Notes: generated by a model not told the origin, from the letters alone. A DNA stretch of 64,000 nucleotides from an uncultured Candidatus Saccharibacteria bacterium (GCA_964410185.1 CAYPFM010000004.1:4134-68133), one strand, 5' to 3'; counted from the stretch's first letter, positions 16,309-26,031 are shown. Program-made: numbers and translations.

Positions 16309-16953
16309 ATGCTAAAGCATAGAATCAATTATCCTATACCAGTCGAAGCTGTTGCCCCCGATGGCGAGCCCTTGTGGCTTTGGGCCCCGTCGCCAGTCGT
16401 TGAGGCGGCTGAGCGGCTGTTGCCGCGCAATTCACGCATAGTAGACCTCGGCGCTGGTCGTGGTGCCAATGGTATGTTTCTGGCCATGCAGGGGCACGAG
16501 GTGATTTCGGTTGAATCAAGCGCCCAAACCGTGCGCGAGGGACAACAGATTGCTCGAGCACTTGGCTCCACGGTCATGACCCACCGTTTTGTGCGTGCTG
16601 ATATGCGTGAGCTTGATCTTGCCACAGAGTTCGGCCCACAGGATGCTATCCTTGCAATTCGGTCATTGCAACAGGTAAGTATGGCCGAGGCAGAAACAGC
16701 CGTTGCTACAATGCAAGCTGCTACCACTCCCGGAGGTCTCAATGCCGTCCAGGCCTACATAGCCCGTCCAGACCAAAAACCCTCGTTGCCTCACTTAGCT
16801 CTGTTTGAACCAGGACAGCTGGAGGCTACCTATCAACAGGCTGGTTGGGAGACGGCGCACCGTGAATCCCAGCTCCACGAACTGGATTACAGCATGGGTT
16901 TACCCCAATGCCGATCAACGACCCAGTTGATTACCGTCAAGCCGACCGCATAG
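16309..16953 (+). CDS. SAM-dependent methyltransferase (TehB-like)
   Basis: The SAM-binding motif is VDLGAGRGANGMFLAMQGHEVISVE. Confidence 0.8.
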   Translation: MLKHRINYPIPVEAVAPDGEPLWLWAPSPVVEAAERLLPRNSRIVDLGAGRGANGMFLAMQGHEVISVESSAQTVREGQQIARALGSTVMTHRFVRADMRELDLATEFGPQDAILAIRSLQQVSMAEAETAVATMQAATTPGGLNAVQAYIARPDQKPSLPHLALFEPGQLEATYQQAGWETAHRESQLHELDYSMGLPQCRSTTQLITVKPTA

Positions 16954-17119
16954 CCTTCTGATGGAAGTGATCCCGATGCCGTTGCAGGGCAGACGTTTGC
17001 GGCCGCAGTTGTTCGCTCGATTGATATTGGTCGACGCCAGTTTGGCAAGACAACCACTATCAACACTCGCGGCTAGAGCGGCAATATGCTAACTCCCCCT
17101 GGTGTATCGTTGTAACTTA

Positions 17120-17128
17120 TGCTATAAT
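17120..17128 (+). promoter_or_regulatory. extended -10 box TGCTATAAT upstream of typA
   Basis: The exact sequence TGCTATAAT lies 58 nt upstream of the typA ATG. Confidence 0.5.
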
Positions 17129-17143
17129 TAGCGGGAATTAAGT

Positions 17144-17172
17144 AAGCGCTTGTTTACAAACGAGCGCTTTTT
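17144..17172 (+). terminator. terminator-like hairpin plus T-run in the typA leader
   Basis: AAGCGCTTGT..ACGAGCGCTT forms a stem of about 10 bp with one G.U pair, followed by TTTTT. It lies between the -10 box and the typA SD and start. Confidence 0.45.
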
Positions 17173-17186
17173 ATTAGGAAAATAAT

Positions 17187-19016
17187 ATGGCAGATCTTCA
17201 AGACCCAACTAAAATCCGTAACATCGCGATTATCGCCCATGTTGACCATGGTAAAACTACCCTGGTCGACGGCCTATTAAAGCAGTCCCAAACCTTCCGC
17301 GACAACCAGGCTGAGATGAGTCAAGATCTGATTATGGACAGTGGTGACCAAGAAAAAGAACGCGGCATCACCATTACTGCCAAGGTGACCGCCGTGCAAC
17401 ACGGTGATTACCGCATTAACATTATCGACACTCCTGGCCACGCCGACTTTAGCGGTGAAGTAGAGCGGACGCTCAACATGGCTGATGGCTGCATCCTGAT
17501 TGTCGATGCTCAAGAAGGCCCAATGCCGCAAACCAAGTTCGTACTCGGTAAGGCTCTGGCCAACGAGCTCAAACCAATTGTTATTATTAACAAGATTGAC
17601 AAGCCTGCTAGCCGCATCAAAGAGGTGGAAGACGAGCTGGCTGACCTATTCTTGGAACTAGCCGTCCACGAAGACCAGCTGCACTACCCGGTCTATTACG
17701 CCATCGGCCGCGCCGGTAAGGCCTGGACAGATATTCCCGCTGACCCAGAAGCCGCCGCTGATCTCGATGTTGTCTTTGACGCCATCATCAAAGACGTTCC
17801 GGCCCCTAAGATTGAACTCGACAAACCCTTCCAGATGATGGTAACCGCACTGGCCTGGGACACCTTTAAAGGCAAGTATGCCATTGGCCGCATCACGCGC
17901 GGTTCAGTAAAACCCGGTGAAGCCGTTAGTCTTTGTAAAAAAGACGGTACCATTGCCAAAGCCAAAGTTGACCTGGTCTTTATGAGCCATGGCGTCAGCC
18001 GTTTTGAAGTCCCTGGTGGCGTAGCCGGCGATATTGTTCAGCTGACCGGTATTGGTGATGCCCAAATTGGCGAGACTATCGCCGACGCGGATCAGCCCGA
18101 AGCTCTACCTGTCATCGAAGTTGAAGCCCCAACCCTGAAGATCTACCTTGGCCCAAACACCAGCCCAATGAAGGGGCAAGAAGGTGAGTTCACAACTTCT
18201 CGTCAGATTGGCGAACGCCTGCAAAAAGAGCTTGAAACTAATGTTGGTTTACGCGTTGAAGACGAAGGCATCGGCTTCTTAGTCGCCGGCCGCGGTGAAC
18301 TGCACTTATCGGTTTTGATTGAAACCATGCGCCGCGAAGGCTATGAATTTGAAGTTGGCCGCCCACAGGTTGTTACTCGAGACAAGGACGGCGCCGTTGA
18401 AGAGCCTGTCGAAGAAGTGATTATCGAAGTACCGGCCGAACATGTTGGTACCGTCCAAATGGAACTCGGTAAGCGTCGTGCGACATTGAAAGAACAATTT
18501 GCCAGCCCGAAGGGTGTTACTAAGCTGATCTATGAAATGCCAACTCGCGCCTTGTTAGGTATGCGAAACATCTTGCTGACCAACACCAAAGGTACCGTGA
18601 TTATGAACAGCCTGATTACCGGCTATCAGCCTTTGGGTCAGCCGTTGCAGCAGCTCCGTAACGGCGTCTTGATTGCCTTTGAAACCGGCGTCACCACACC
18701 GTACGCTCTGCAGAATGCTGAAGCGCGCGGTACCACTTACATTGGCCCTGCTGAAAAGGTCTATGCCGGGCAAATTGTTGGCTTGAATACCCGCCAAGAA
18801 GACATGGAAATTAACGTTTGCAAAGCCAAGCACCTGACTAACATGCGTAGTAGTTCATCAGATGGCGTGGTCCAGCTGACGCCGCCAACCATCTTTAGTC
18901 TTGAAGAGTGTCTGGACTTTATTGAAAACGACGAGTTGCTCGAAGTAACACCAAAGTCATTGCGCCTGCGCAAACGTGAACTTGATCCCAACAAGCGCAA
19001 ACGCCAAGCCAAATAG
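17187..19016 (+). CDS. typA: translational GTPase TypA/BipA
   Basis: It carries AIIAHVDHGKTTLVD and DTPGHADF. The length and layout are those of the EF-G-like TypA family. Confidence 0.95.
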   Translation: MADLQDPTKIRNIAIIAHVDHGKTTLVDGLLKQSQTFRDNQAEMSQDLIMDSGDQEKERGITITAKVTAVQHGDYRINIIDTPGHADFSGEVERTLNMADGCILIVDAQEGPMPQTKFVLGKALANELKPIVIINKIDKPASRIKEVEDELADLFLELAVHEDQLHYPVYYAIGRAGKAWTDIPADPEAAADLDVVFDAIIKDVPAPKIELDKPFQMMVTALAWDTFKGKYAIGRITRGSVKPGEAVSLCKKDGTIAKAKVDLVFMSHGVSRFEVPGGVAGDIVQLTGIGDAQIGETIADADQPEALPVIEVEAPTLKIYLGPNTSPMKGQEGEFTTSRQIGERLQKELETNVGLRVEDEGIGFLVAGRGELHLSVLIETMRREGYEFEVGRPQVVTRDKDGAVEEPVEEVIIEVPAEHVGTVQMELGKRRATLKEQFASPKGVTKLIYEMPTRALLGMRNILLTNTKGTVIMNSLITGYQPLGQPLQQLRNGVLIAFETGVTTPYALQNAEARGTTYIGPAEKVYAGQIVGLNTRQEDMEINVCKAKHLTNMRSSSSDGVVQLTPPTIFSLEECLDFIENDELLEVTPKSLRLRKRELDPNKRKRQAK

Positions 19017-19059
19017 CTAGAATTGACATCGACGAGCATTAACGTAAACTCAGATTAGT

Positions 19060-19644
19060 ATGTCTGACACCGATGCCTCACAGTCGCCGCAAGACCCAAC
19101 CTGGGATGCTTTTGATAAGGCCGAAAAGGAAAAGGCTGCACAGCTGGAGGCAGCCTACCAGGCCACCGAGCAAAATAATAGCTATCTGTTAAATCAGCTT
19201 GCCGGCATCGAAGACATGGAACTCACTTTGGTTCGTGGCTTGTCTGACGCCGCAACTGATGGCCCGCAGAGGCTCAACTTGCCAGTAACCAATGCATCTT
19301 TATATCTGCGGCCCGATAGACGGGAAGAGTTGCAACAACAAGGCGAGGATGATCTCGTCGTTAATAGCAAAGGAAATCCTTTCACCATTGTTGGTGATAT
19401 TCCTCCGCGCACAGAAAAGCTCATCGAGGATTTGATAAAGCATACCGAGGCAGTGCCGAACCAGACAGACAGCACTCAGCTTGAGGAAATTTGGTCGGGT
19501 AATATCGCAGGTCAGCCAATTGAGTTGGTTTTCTATCACCAAAGCCGGACCGTTATTCTGCCAGACAATGAGACTACGGAGCCGGTCTTGTCTTTGCGAG
19601 CCTTTCGAGGACGGTATCGAGACGCCTCCCCAGCCAATCAATAG
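19060..19644 (+). CDS. hypothetical acidic protein
   Basis: The ORF has plausible composition. No motif was recognised. Confidence 0.5.
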   Translation: MSDTDASQSPQDPTWDAFDKAEKEKAAQLEAAYQATEQNNSYLLNQLAGIEDMELTLVRGLSDAATDGPQRLNLPVTNASLYLRPDRREELQQQGEDDLVVNSKGNPFTIVGDIPPRTEKLIEDLIKHTEAVPNQTDSTQLEEIWSGNIAGQPIELVFYHQSRTVILPDNETTEPVLSLRAFRGRYRDASPANQ

Positions 19645-19825
19645 ATTGACTATTTTTACAAATCGTGCTAATGTATAAGTATTGTTCAATTGAATCCAAA
19701 GTTTGTTCGCTATTACTGAGGCTTCATCTGTGACAATCACAGCTATACAAGCCGTCTGGCATCTCAGCCAAAGCCCAAAAAGCTAAGTAATAACAATCTA
19801 TAACAAACCAAAGGATTCTTTTTTT

Positions 19826-21016
19826 ATGGCCTACGCCTATCGATCCCAAACTAATAACCGTAATCGCCGCAACAGTGGTGGCTCACGGGCTCCACGTCGC
19901 CGTGGTGCGCAGTATATTGACCCCAGCCGCTTTATTAAAGCTGCTAAGCCAGTAACCCCACAGACCGAATATGTGCCAACCCACAAGTTCGACGATTTTA
20001 ACGTGCACGAAAAGATTAAGTCTAATCTGCGCGCTAAGGGTTTTGTGACCCCAACCCCAATCCAAGACCAAACTATTATCCCAGCCCTCGAGGGTAAAGA
20101 TATCATCGGTATCGCCAACACAGGTACTGGTAAAACAGCCGCTTTCGCGATTCCTATTTTGAATCGCTTGCTAACCGACCGTAATGCCCGCGCTTTAATT
20201 GTGGCCCCAACCCGTGAACTGGCTCAGCAGATTGACGAAGACATCCGTTCGATGGCTAAGGGCAGTGGTCTCTTTGGCGCTGTTGTCATTGGCGGTGAGC
20301 CAATCGGCCGCCAGCTGCGTGACCTCCGTTCTAACCCGCAGATTGTCATTGGTACCCCTGGTCGTATTAAAGACCACTTGGAGCGCCGCACACTTAATCT
20401 CAGCCGCTTTAACATGATCGTGCTCGACGAAGTCGACCGCATGTTAGACATGGGTTTTGTCGATGATGTGCGTGAAATCCTCAGCCACCTTGCCGAAGAA
20501 CGTCAGTCGTTCTTCTTCTCGGCTACTTTGGATACTCGCGTCAACAACCTCATCCAAACCTTTTCACACGATCCAACGACAATTTCTATCAAGACCGGCG
20601 AAACCAGTGATAACGTTGATCAAAACATCGTCCAATACGGTGGCAACATGGAAAAGATTGAGAAACTGCATGATATCTTGCTCGAAGACCACGTTACTAA
20701 AGTAATCGTCTTTGACGAAACACAGAGAAGTGTCGAGCGCTTGAGCCAAGAGCTGATCGCCCGCGGCTTCCCGGCCGTTTCGATTCATGGTGGCAAGAAC
20801 CAAGGCCAACGCCAACGTGCCTTAAACAGCTTTAAAACTGACCAGGTGAGCATTTTGGTGGCAACCGACGTGGCCGCTCGTGGTATTGACGTCAAAGACA
20901 TTAGTCACGTTATTAACTACACCCAGCCCCAGAGTTACGAAGACTACGTGCACCGCATTGGTCGCGCCGGCCGTGCTGGCAAAACCGGTTACGCGCTAAC
21001 CTTTGTTGTGCGCTAA
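19826..21016 (+). CDS. DEAD-box ATP-dependent RNA helicase
   Basis: It carries the Q motif PTPIQ, ANTGTGKTAAF, LDEVD, SAT and HRIGRAGRAG. The N-terminus is Arg-rich. Confidence 0.9.
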   Translation: MAYAYRSQTNNRNRRNSGGSRAPRRRGAQYIDPSRFIKAAKPVTPQTEYVPTHKFDDFNVHEKIKSNLRAKGFVTPTPIQDQTIIPALEGKDIIGIANTGTGKTAAFAIPILNRLLTDRNARALIVAPTRELAQQIDEDIRSMAKGSGLFGAVVIGGEPIGRQLRDLRSNPQIVIGTPGRIKDHLERRTLNLSRFNMIVLDEVDRMLDMGFVDDVREILSHLAEERQSFFFSATLDTRVNNLIQTFSHDPTTISIKTGETSDNVDQNIVQYGGNMEKIEKLHDILLEDHVTKVIVFDETQRSVERLSQELIARGFPAVSIHGGKNQGQRQRALNSFKTDQVSILVATDVAARGIDVKDISHVINYTQPQSYEDYVHRIGRAGRAGKTGYALTFVVR

Positions 21017-21075
21017 AGCAGGAGTAAAACGCTGCTGCTTGCATTTAGTTCAGTCTGAGGGCATGCTTATGGGCA

Positions 21076-21726
21076 ATGTCAGAACGAACACAACCCAGCA
21101 ATCAGGCAGATAAAAGTAGCCCTCTGCCGCCTAGTTTCCGACTCGAAAGAATAGCCTCTGGCTTAGTGGGGCGTATCGCACAATCAGATATGGTTTGCAT
21201 AAAAGAGGCGGGCGGACAGGTTACGGCTGCTAGTCACTATTCTGTTGGATTGGTTTCCCATCGGGAAACTCGCCCGCTACTAAAGGCGTACTATGAACAA
21301 AATAGGGGTCGTCACTTACCGCTAGAAGAAATTATTAAATTGACGCGTAGTCCGCTTGATAATAGGCTCACAGAGCCACAATACGGTTTGCCGGTATTTG
21401 GGTTCAAGCGCAGTGAGGCAATTTATGGCACAAAACTGAGCGTTGTCATCGGCGACACCGAAGGTATTATGCAAAAAGAACGAGAGCGTTACTTACGTAA
21501 TCTATGCCGAGTCATTGGTGTCGAGGCTGAATTTACTGGTTTTGAGGCCGATTTCAGAGTCGCTCAAGTATATGAAAATGGAGACATTGCTGCAATCGAA
21601 GAGATTGTGAGCCGTTGCTTGCCAGACAGCATTGATTTGAACAGCGTCACCTCTTCGCCACAGGTTGATGATCTGACTTTGGCTCCAGGCTCAATTCAGG
21701 CCCAAACTAATTACGACAAACATTAG
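21076..21726 (+). CDS. hypothetical protein
   Basis: The ORF has plausible composition. No motif was recognised. Confidence 0.5.
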   Translation: MSERTQPSNQADKSSPLPPSFRLERIASGLVGRIAQSDMVCIKEAGGQVTAASHYSVGLVSHRETRPLLKAYYEQNRGRHLPLEEIIKLTRSPLDNRLTEPQYGLPVFGFKRSEAIYGTKLSVVIGDTEGIMQKERERYLRNLCRVIGVEAEFTGFEADFRVAQVYENGDIAAIEEIVSRCLPDSIDLNSVTSSPQVDDLTLAPGSIQAQTNYDKH

Positions 21727-21731
21727 TTATG

Positions 21732-21740
21732 TGGTATACT
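21732..21740 (+). promoter_or_regulatory. extended -10-like box TGGTATACT
   Basis: It lies 139 nt upstream of the start of the RRM protein gene. Confidence 0.4.
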
Positions 21741-21879
21741 AGGCTTGCTAGAAATAAGCTGCTACATAACGTTTGTTAGTTCTAGGTTAATATAAGTTAA
21801 GTGTTTCTGAGGAGCAGCTAACTGGAACTCGTTTTACAAGAGCCAGATTACCTCCGAGCAACCAAAGGAGTTAATATCA

Positions 21880-22146
21880 ATGGCTACTAAATTATTTGTC
21901 GGTTCCCTTTCATGGGGCGTTACAGACGACCAACTGAAGGAATTTTTCACTCAGGCTGGTACCGTTGTATCTGCAAAGGTCATCACTGATCGCGACACAA
22001 ACCGCTCAAAGGGCTTCGGCTTTGTTGAGATGTCAAGCGACGAAGAAGCTAAGGCTGCTGTTGACAAGCTCAACAACCAGGAACTTGATGGTCGTACCAT
22101 CAACGTTAGCGAAGCTCGTCCTCGCGAAGAACGCCCTCGTTACTAA
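21880..22146 (+). CDS. RRM-type RNA-binding protein
   Basis: RNP2 is KLFVGSL and RNP1 is KGFGFVEM. An SD sequence (aaggag) lies upstream. Confidence 0.85.
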   Translation: MATKLFVGSLSWGVTDDQLKEFFTQAGTVVSAKVITDRDTNRSKGFGFVEMSSDEEAKAAVDKLNNQELDGRTINVSEARPREERPRY

Positions 22147-22170
22147 TTAGTTAGTACCGAACGTTCAAAA

Positions 22171-22196
22171 GCCCGCCAGCAATGGCGGGTTTTTTG
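22171..22196 (+). terminator. intrinsic terminator
   Basis: A GCCCGCC / GGCGGGT stem with a 6-nt loop is followed by TTTTTT. Confidence 0.8.
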
Positions 22197-22206
22197 TTGT
22201 CAGCGT

Positions 22207-22452
22207 ATGATAAGGAAGATGAGTCAAAAGTATATCTTCTTTCAAAAACCCAACTTGCCGCTGATTGTGGCTTTTGTGGCTTGGATTTTGTCACACGTCT
22301 TGCCGTACGGGAAACTTAACTTTGCGGCCGCCCTGATCTTCTTTGGAGCGCTGTTTACGTGGGCTTGGTTGGAGATTTTTGATGGCGCCAACAACTTCCG
22401 CCGAGGGCTCGGCGTAGTCGTAATGGCCTTCATTATCATTAATCGACTATAA
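22207..22452 (+). CDS. small membrane protein (2-3 TM segments)
   Basis: It has hydrophobic segments. The start is ambiguous, at 22207 or 22219. Confidence 0.5.
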   Translation: MIRKMSQKYIFFQKPNLPLIVAFVAWILSHVLPYGKLNFAAALIFFGALFTWAWLEIFDGANNFRRGLGVVVMAFIIINRL

Positions 22453-22495
22453 CCACCTTGACCTTAACCATAAGGGCTCCTAAGCTAGTAGTAAG

Positions 22496-23770
22496 ATGTT
22501 GAATAAAGCCAAAACCGTCGTTCGGCTCATTCTGCCTGGACATAAACACAACGAGCTCAGTAAGTCAGACGTACATGCTGCCCGGCATTACATCGCTCAT
22601 TACTGGAAGCGTTTGGAACGTTTTCATCCTAAGGACGATGAGACGCTGTTTGGTCTGCCCAAGCCGTACCTGGTGCCAGCCTATGAGGAAGGGCACAGCT
22701 TTGACTTTAATGAGCTCTATTACTGGGATAGCTACTTTATGGTGCAGGGGCTCCTCGATGAAGACCATAAAAAGTTAGTGATGGGAATTTTGGAAGACTT
22801 GGTGTATCTGCAAAAACGACTCAAAATTGTTCCGAATGCTTCGCGCACATATCTGACGGGCCGTTCGCAGCCACCGCTGCTAACTTCATTTATCTTTGAC
22901 GTTTATGATACTTATAAGCTCGATAAAAAATGGCTGGCTACTAACATCGAAGTCGCCCAAAATGAGTATTACAACGTCTGGATGGGAGTGTCTAAGCCCA
23001 ACGAACGCCAAATTTTTCGTGGGCTGAGCCGCTACTACGACATCAACTATCTGCACGACTTGGCTGAAGCCGAAAGCGGTTGGGACATGACGCCGCGGTT
23101 TGGCCGCAAAGCACTCAACTATTTACCGGTCGATCTCAACGCCCTGCTGTATAAGTACGAAACTGATTTCGCTCGTGCCGCCACTATTGCCGGTGATGAG
23201 GAGGCAGCCGAATCATGGCTGGCTCGTGCCAAATCGCGCCAAGAAACCATGGATGAATTGATGTGGAGTCCTTCGCGCGATTTTTACTACGACTATGATT
23301 TTGCTCGCCAACGCCGTGGCTCAGTCAGTTCACTCGCCGGCTTTTACCCGATGTGGGCGGGTATGGTCACGCAAGAACAGGCCGCCAGATTGGTACGAGC
23401 CCTTAAAAAGTTCGAAGAAAAGGGCGGTCTGGCGACTACCGATCAGCAGTTTAATCAACGGCTGCCAGGGCAAATACCAGGTACTGGCAACACCCCCACC
23501 CAATGGGCTTATCCAAACGGCTGGGCACCGCTTCACTTCATTATCATCAGGGCCTTGCAGCGCTATGGTTATGACGATGACGCCAAGCGAATCGCTACAA
23601 AATGGCTCCGCACTAACCTGGCCTGGTTCAACAAAGAAGGGGTATTTTTGGAGAAGTACAATGTTGTTAACCCTGACAAACCACCGATGAAGGGTGTCTA
23701 TCCATCACAGACTGGTTTTGGTTGGACTAACGCGGTGTTTGAGCGGCTGTGTCAGGAGTTTGTCGACTAG
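22496..23770 (+). CDS. alpha,alpha-trehalase (GH37-like)
   Basis: Motifs RSQPPLL, SGWDMTPRF, QWAYPNGWAPL and GFGWTN are present. Confidence 0.85.
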   Translation: MLNKAKTVVRLILPGHKHNELSKSDVHAARHYIAHYWKRLERFHPKDDETLFGLPKPYLVPAYEEGHSFDFNELYYWDSYFMVQGLLDEDHKKLVMGILEDLVYLQKRLKIVPNASRTYLTGRSQPPLLTSFIFDVYDTYKLDKKWLATNIEVAQNEYYNVWMGVSKPNERQIFRGLSRYYDINYLHDLAEAESGWDMTPRFGRKALNYLPVDLNALLYKYETDFARAATIAGDEEAAESWLARAKSRQETMDELMWSPSRDFYYDYDFARQRRGSVSSLAGFYPMWAGMVTQEQAARLVRALKKFEEKGGLATTDQQFNQRLPGQIPGTGNTPTQWAYPNGWAPLHFIIIRALQRYGYDDDAKRIATKWLRTNLAWFNKEGVFLEKYNVVNPDKPPMKGVYPSQTGFGWTNAVFERLCQEFVD

Positions 23771-24473
23771 CAGCCGCGCCAGGATAGAAAGTATCTCGAA
23801 GATTGCCCAACGCAGAAGCGAAGACCATACTTTCTTCGTCTAGGAACGGCGTTACTGCCGCGACGACGCTTTCGCCAAGCAGGCCGTGAATATCCAGATC
23901 ACGGTCGTCGACATCATTCGCGTGCTGTTCCAGGTTAACGATGGAGAAGTGGTCATTGAAGTGAGCCGAGGCATCAAATGCGGCTAACTGTTGGCTTGGC
24001 GGATCGATGGTCTTTAGGATCCGTCGGGCGTGGTAGCGACCAGAAGGGCGAAAGAGTAGTGGCTCCATTTTGACCAGCTCCTGAGTTCCGCGCCGCAGGG
24101 CCTCATCTAGAATGACAGCGTGCTCGGCCCGAACTTCTGTAAAGAGGACTGTGCCAACCATACTGGCGGCACGCTTTTTGTACTGTTCGAACCTGGCTGG
24201 CTCAGCGGATCGTGACTCATGCAAGGCAAAGTTGGCAACACGAGCCAGCAGCTGTCCAAAATCATGGTCAAAACCATCTTGCGTACGGTATACCTCATTC
24301 AGATGTCGCGGATCGAGTGCCGCCATTTGAACTTTACGCATGTTATGGCCCAAAATGGCGCCAAACTCATCCAACTCAGAGCGATGTTGACCCATCGCGG
24401 TATCGACAGCGCGAACCGAACCTTCAATCAGGCGTGTTTCTCGTAAAGTCTCCTCAGACGAACTGAATACCAT
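23727..24473 (-). CDS. hypothetical protein
   Basis: The start is set at MVFSSSEE (24473), where a -35/-10 promoter lies immediately upstream. It overlaps the trehalase 3' end convergently by 44 nt. Confidence 0.55.
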   Translation of the reverse strand: MVFSSSEETLRETRLIEGSVRAVDTAMGQHRSELDEFGAILGHNMRKVQMAALDPRHLNEVYRTQDGFDHDFGQLLARVANFALHESRSAEPARFEQYKKRAASMVGTVLFTEVRAEHAVILDEALRRGTQELVKMEPLLFRPSGRYHARRILKTIDPPSQQLAAFDASAHFNDHFSIVNLEQHANDVDDRDLDIHGLLGESVVAAVTPFLDEESMVFASALGNLRDTFYPGAAASRQTPDTAAQTPR

Positions 24474-24483
24474 AATAACTAGG

Positions 24484-24512
24484 ATTATACAATGAATATA
24501 AGCAAAAGTCAA
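24484..24512 (-). promoter_or_regulatory. sigma70-type promoter, TTGACT-17 nt-TATAAT
   Basis: On the minus strand, TTGACT lies at 24512-24507 and TATAAT at 24489-24484. The ATG follows 10 nt downstream. Confidence 0.6.
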
Positions 24513-24559
24513 TGTAATTACCGTTTCCAGATACGCCGCCAACAGGTTAAACTGTAGGT

Positions 24560-26029
24560 ATGAACTATTTTGTGACAACCTCAATTCCATATATGAATGG
24601 CGACCCGCACTTGGGTCACGCTATGGAGTTCTTGTATGCCGATATCTTAGCTCGCCAGGCTCGTAAACGGGGAGCACCCGTCATCTTCAGTACTGGTACT
24701 GATGAGCACGGCAGCAAAGTGGCCGAGAAGGCAGCCGAACTTAAGTTGACGCCCCAAGAACTGGTCGACAAAATGAGTCAAAAGTTCCGCGATTTGCAAA
24801 AAGAACTCAATATCAGCAATGATCGCTTTATTCGGACCACCGATGCTGCGCACGAACAGCGTGCCCAAATCATTTGGAAGAACCTTGCCAAGGACATCTA
24901 CAAAGGTAGTTACGTTGGTATGTACTGCACGGGCTGCGAGTCGTTTGTAACTGAGGCTGTAGCCAAAGAGAACAAGGGCATCTGTCCGCACCACAACAAG
25001 CCATATGAAAAGATTCAAGAAGATAACTACTTCTTCCGACTGAGTAATTACGCGCCGCAAATTCTCAAAGCAATTGAATCTGGTTCCTTCCGCATCGTGC
25101 CGGCGACCCGCAAGCACGAAATTCTTCAGGTTATCAAAGATGGCCTCGAGGACGTTAGTATTTCTCGGCCCAAAGAGAAGGTCGCCTGGGGCATCCCCGT
25201 GCCAAGTGATCCAAGTCAGGTCATGTACGTTTGGTTTGAAGCGCTGATGAACTATATTACGGTGCTCGGCTACCCGGAACATGCTGACTTTAAGAAGTTC
25301 TGGCCGGCTAATGTTCAGGTAATCGGCAAAGATATTCTCCGTTTTCACGCGGCTATTTGGCCCGGCATGTTGCTGGGGCTTGGTTTGCCACTGCCCAAAA
25401 CACTGTATGTACACGGCTTTGTGGGCGTGAATGGCGAAAAGATGAGCAAGAGTTTGGGAAACAGCATCTCGCCCCACGCGATAATTGATAAATGGGGAGC
25501 CGATGTATTTCGCTACTTCTTTGCGCGCCACATTCCAAGTTACGAAGACGGTGATTTTACCTGGGAACGCATAGAAGATGCCTACAACAACGAGTTAGCT
25601 AATGAGCTGGGTAATGCCGTCCAGCGCACAGTGGTGATGATCCAAAAGAACCTCAATGGTATCGTTGGAGATATTCCCTCCGCCAATCACGACGTCGCTA
25701 AGTACGAAGCTGCTTTGGAAGACTGTAAGTTTGACCGGGCACTGGACGAGGTGTGGGAGCAGGTTCGTGGTTTGAACCAATATATCGACGAAGAAAAGCC
25801 GTGGGAGCTGGCCAAGTCGGGTGATTTGGAGCACTTGCGCGAAGTTCTGGCCTACCAGGTGAGTTGCTTACTAGAAATTGCCAACATGTTGGAGCCTTTT
25901 ATGCCCGACACCGCCTCCAAAATTATCTATGTCTTCAACGAGGGTGTCGTCCGTCCACTTGAGGGTACACTTTTCCCACGTACCGACCCCACCGCTGATA
26001 AGTCGGCTGCCAAACCTGCTAAGGCCTAG
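24560..26029 (+). CDS. metG: methionyl-tRNA synthetase
   Basis: The HIGH-type motif is DPHLGH and the KMSKS motif is EKMSKSLGN. Confidence 0.95.
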   Translation: MNYFVTTSIPYMNGDPHLGHAMEFLYADILARQARKRGAPVIFSTGTDEHGSKVAEKAAELKLTPQELVDKMSQKFRDLQKELNISNDRFIRTTDAAHEQRAQIIWKNLAKDIYKGSYVGMYCTGCESFVTEAVAKENKGICPHHNKPYEKIQEDNYFFRLSNYAPQILKAIESGSFRIVPATRKHEILQVIKDGLEDVSISRPKEKVAWGIPVPSDPSQVMYVWFEALMNYITVLGYPEHADFKKFWPANVQVIGKDILRFHAAIWPGMLLGLGLPLPKTLYVHGFVGVNGEKMSKSLGNSISPHAIIDKWGADVFRYFFARHIPSYEDGDFTWERIEDAYNNELANELGNAVQRTVVMIQKNLNGIVGDIPSANHDVAKYEAALEDCKFDRALDEVWEQVRGLNQYIDEEKPWELAKSGDLEHLREVLAYQVSCLLEIANMLEPFMPDTASKIIYVFNEGVVRPLEGTLFPRTDPTADKSAAKPAKA

Positions 26030-26031
26030 CC

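Noticed and set aside
24474-24559. T-box or other leader elements upstream of metG and alaS
   Set aside because: The leaders are too short: about 85 nt shared with a divergent promoter for metG, and 9 nt after the -10 box for alaS. No specifier or T-box sequence is visible.
24647-25531. A 294-aa minus-strand ORF inside metG, and similar long antisense ORFs at 464-880, 16329-16742, 37597-38151, 38164-38709, 39039-39524 and 59162-59641
   Set aside because: Each lies fully antisense to a gene with unmistakable conserved motifs. Their composition is low-complexity and no start signals are present.
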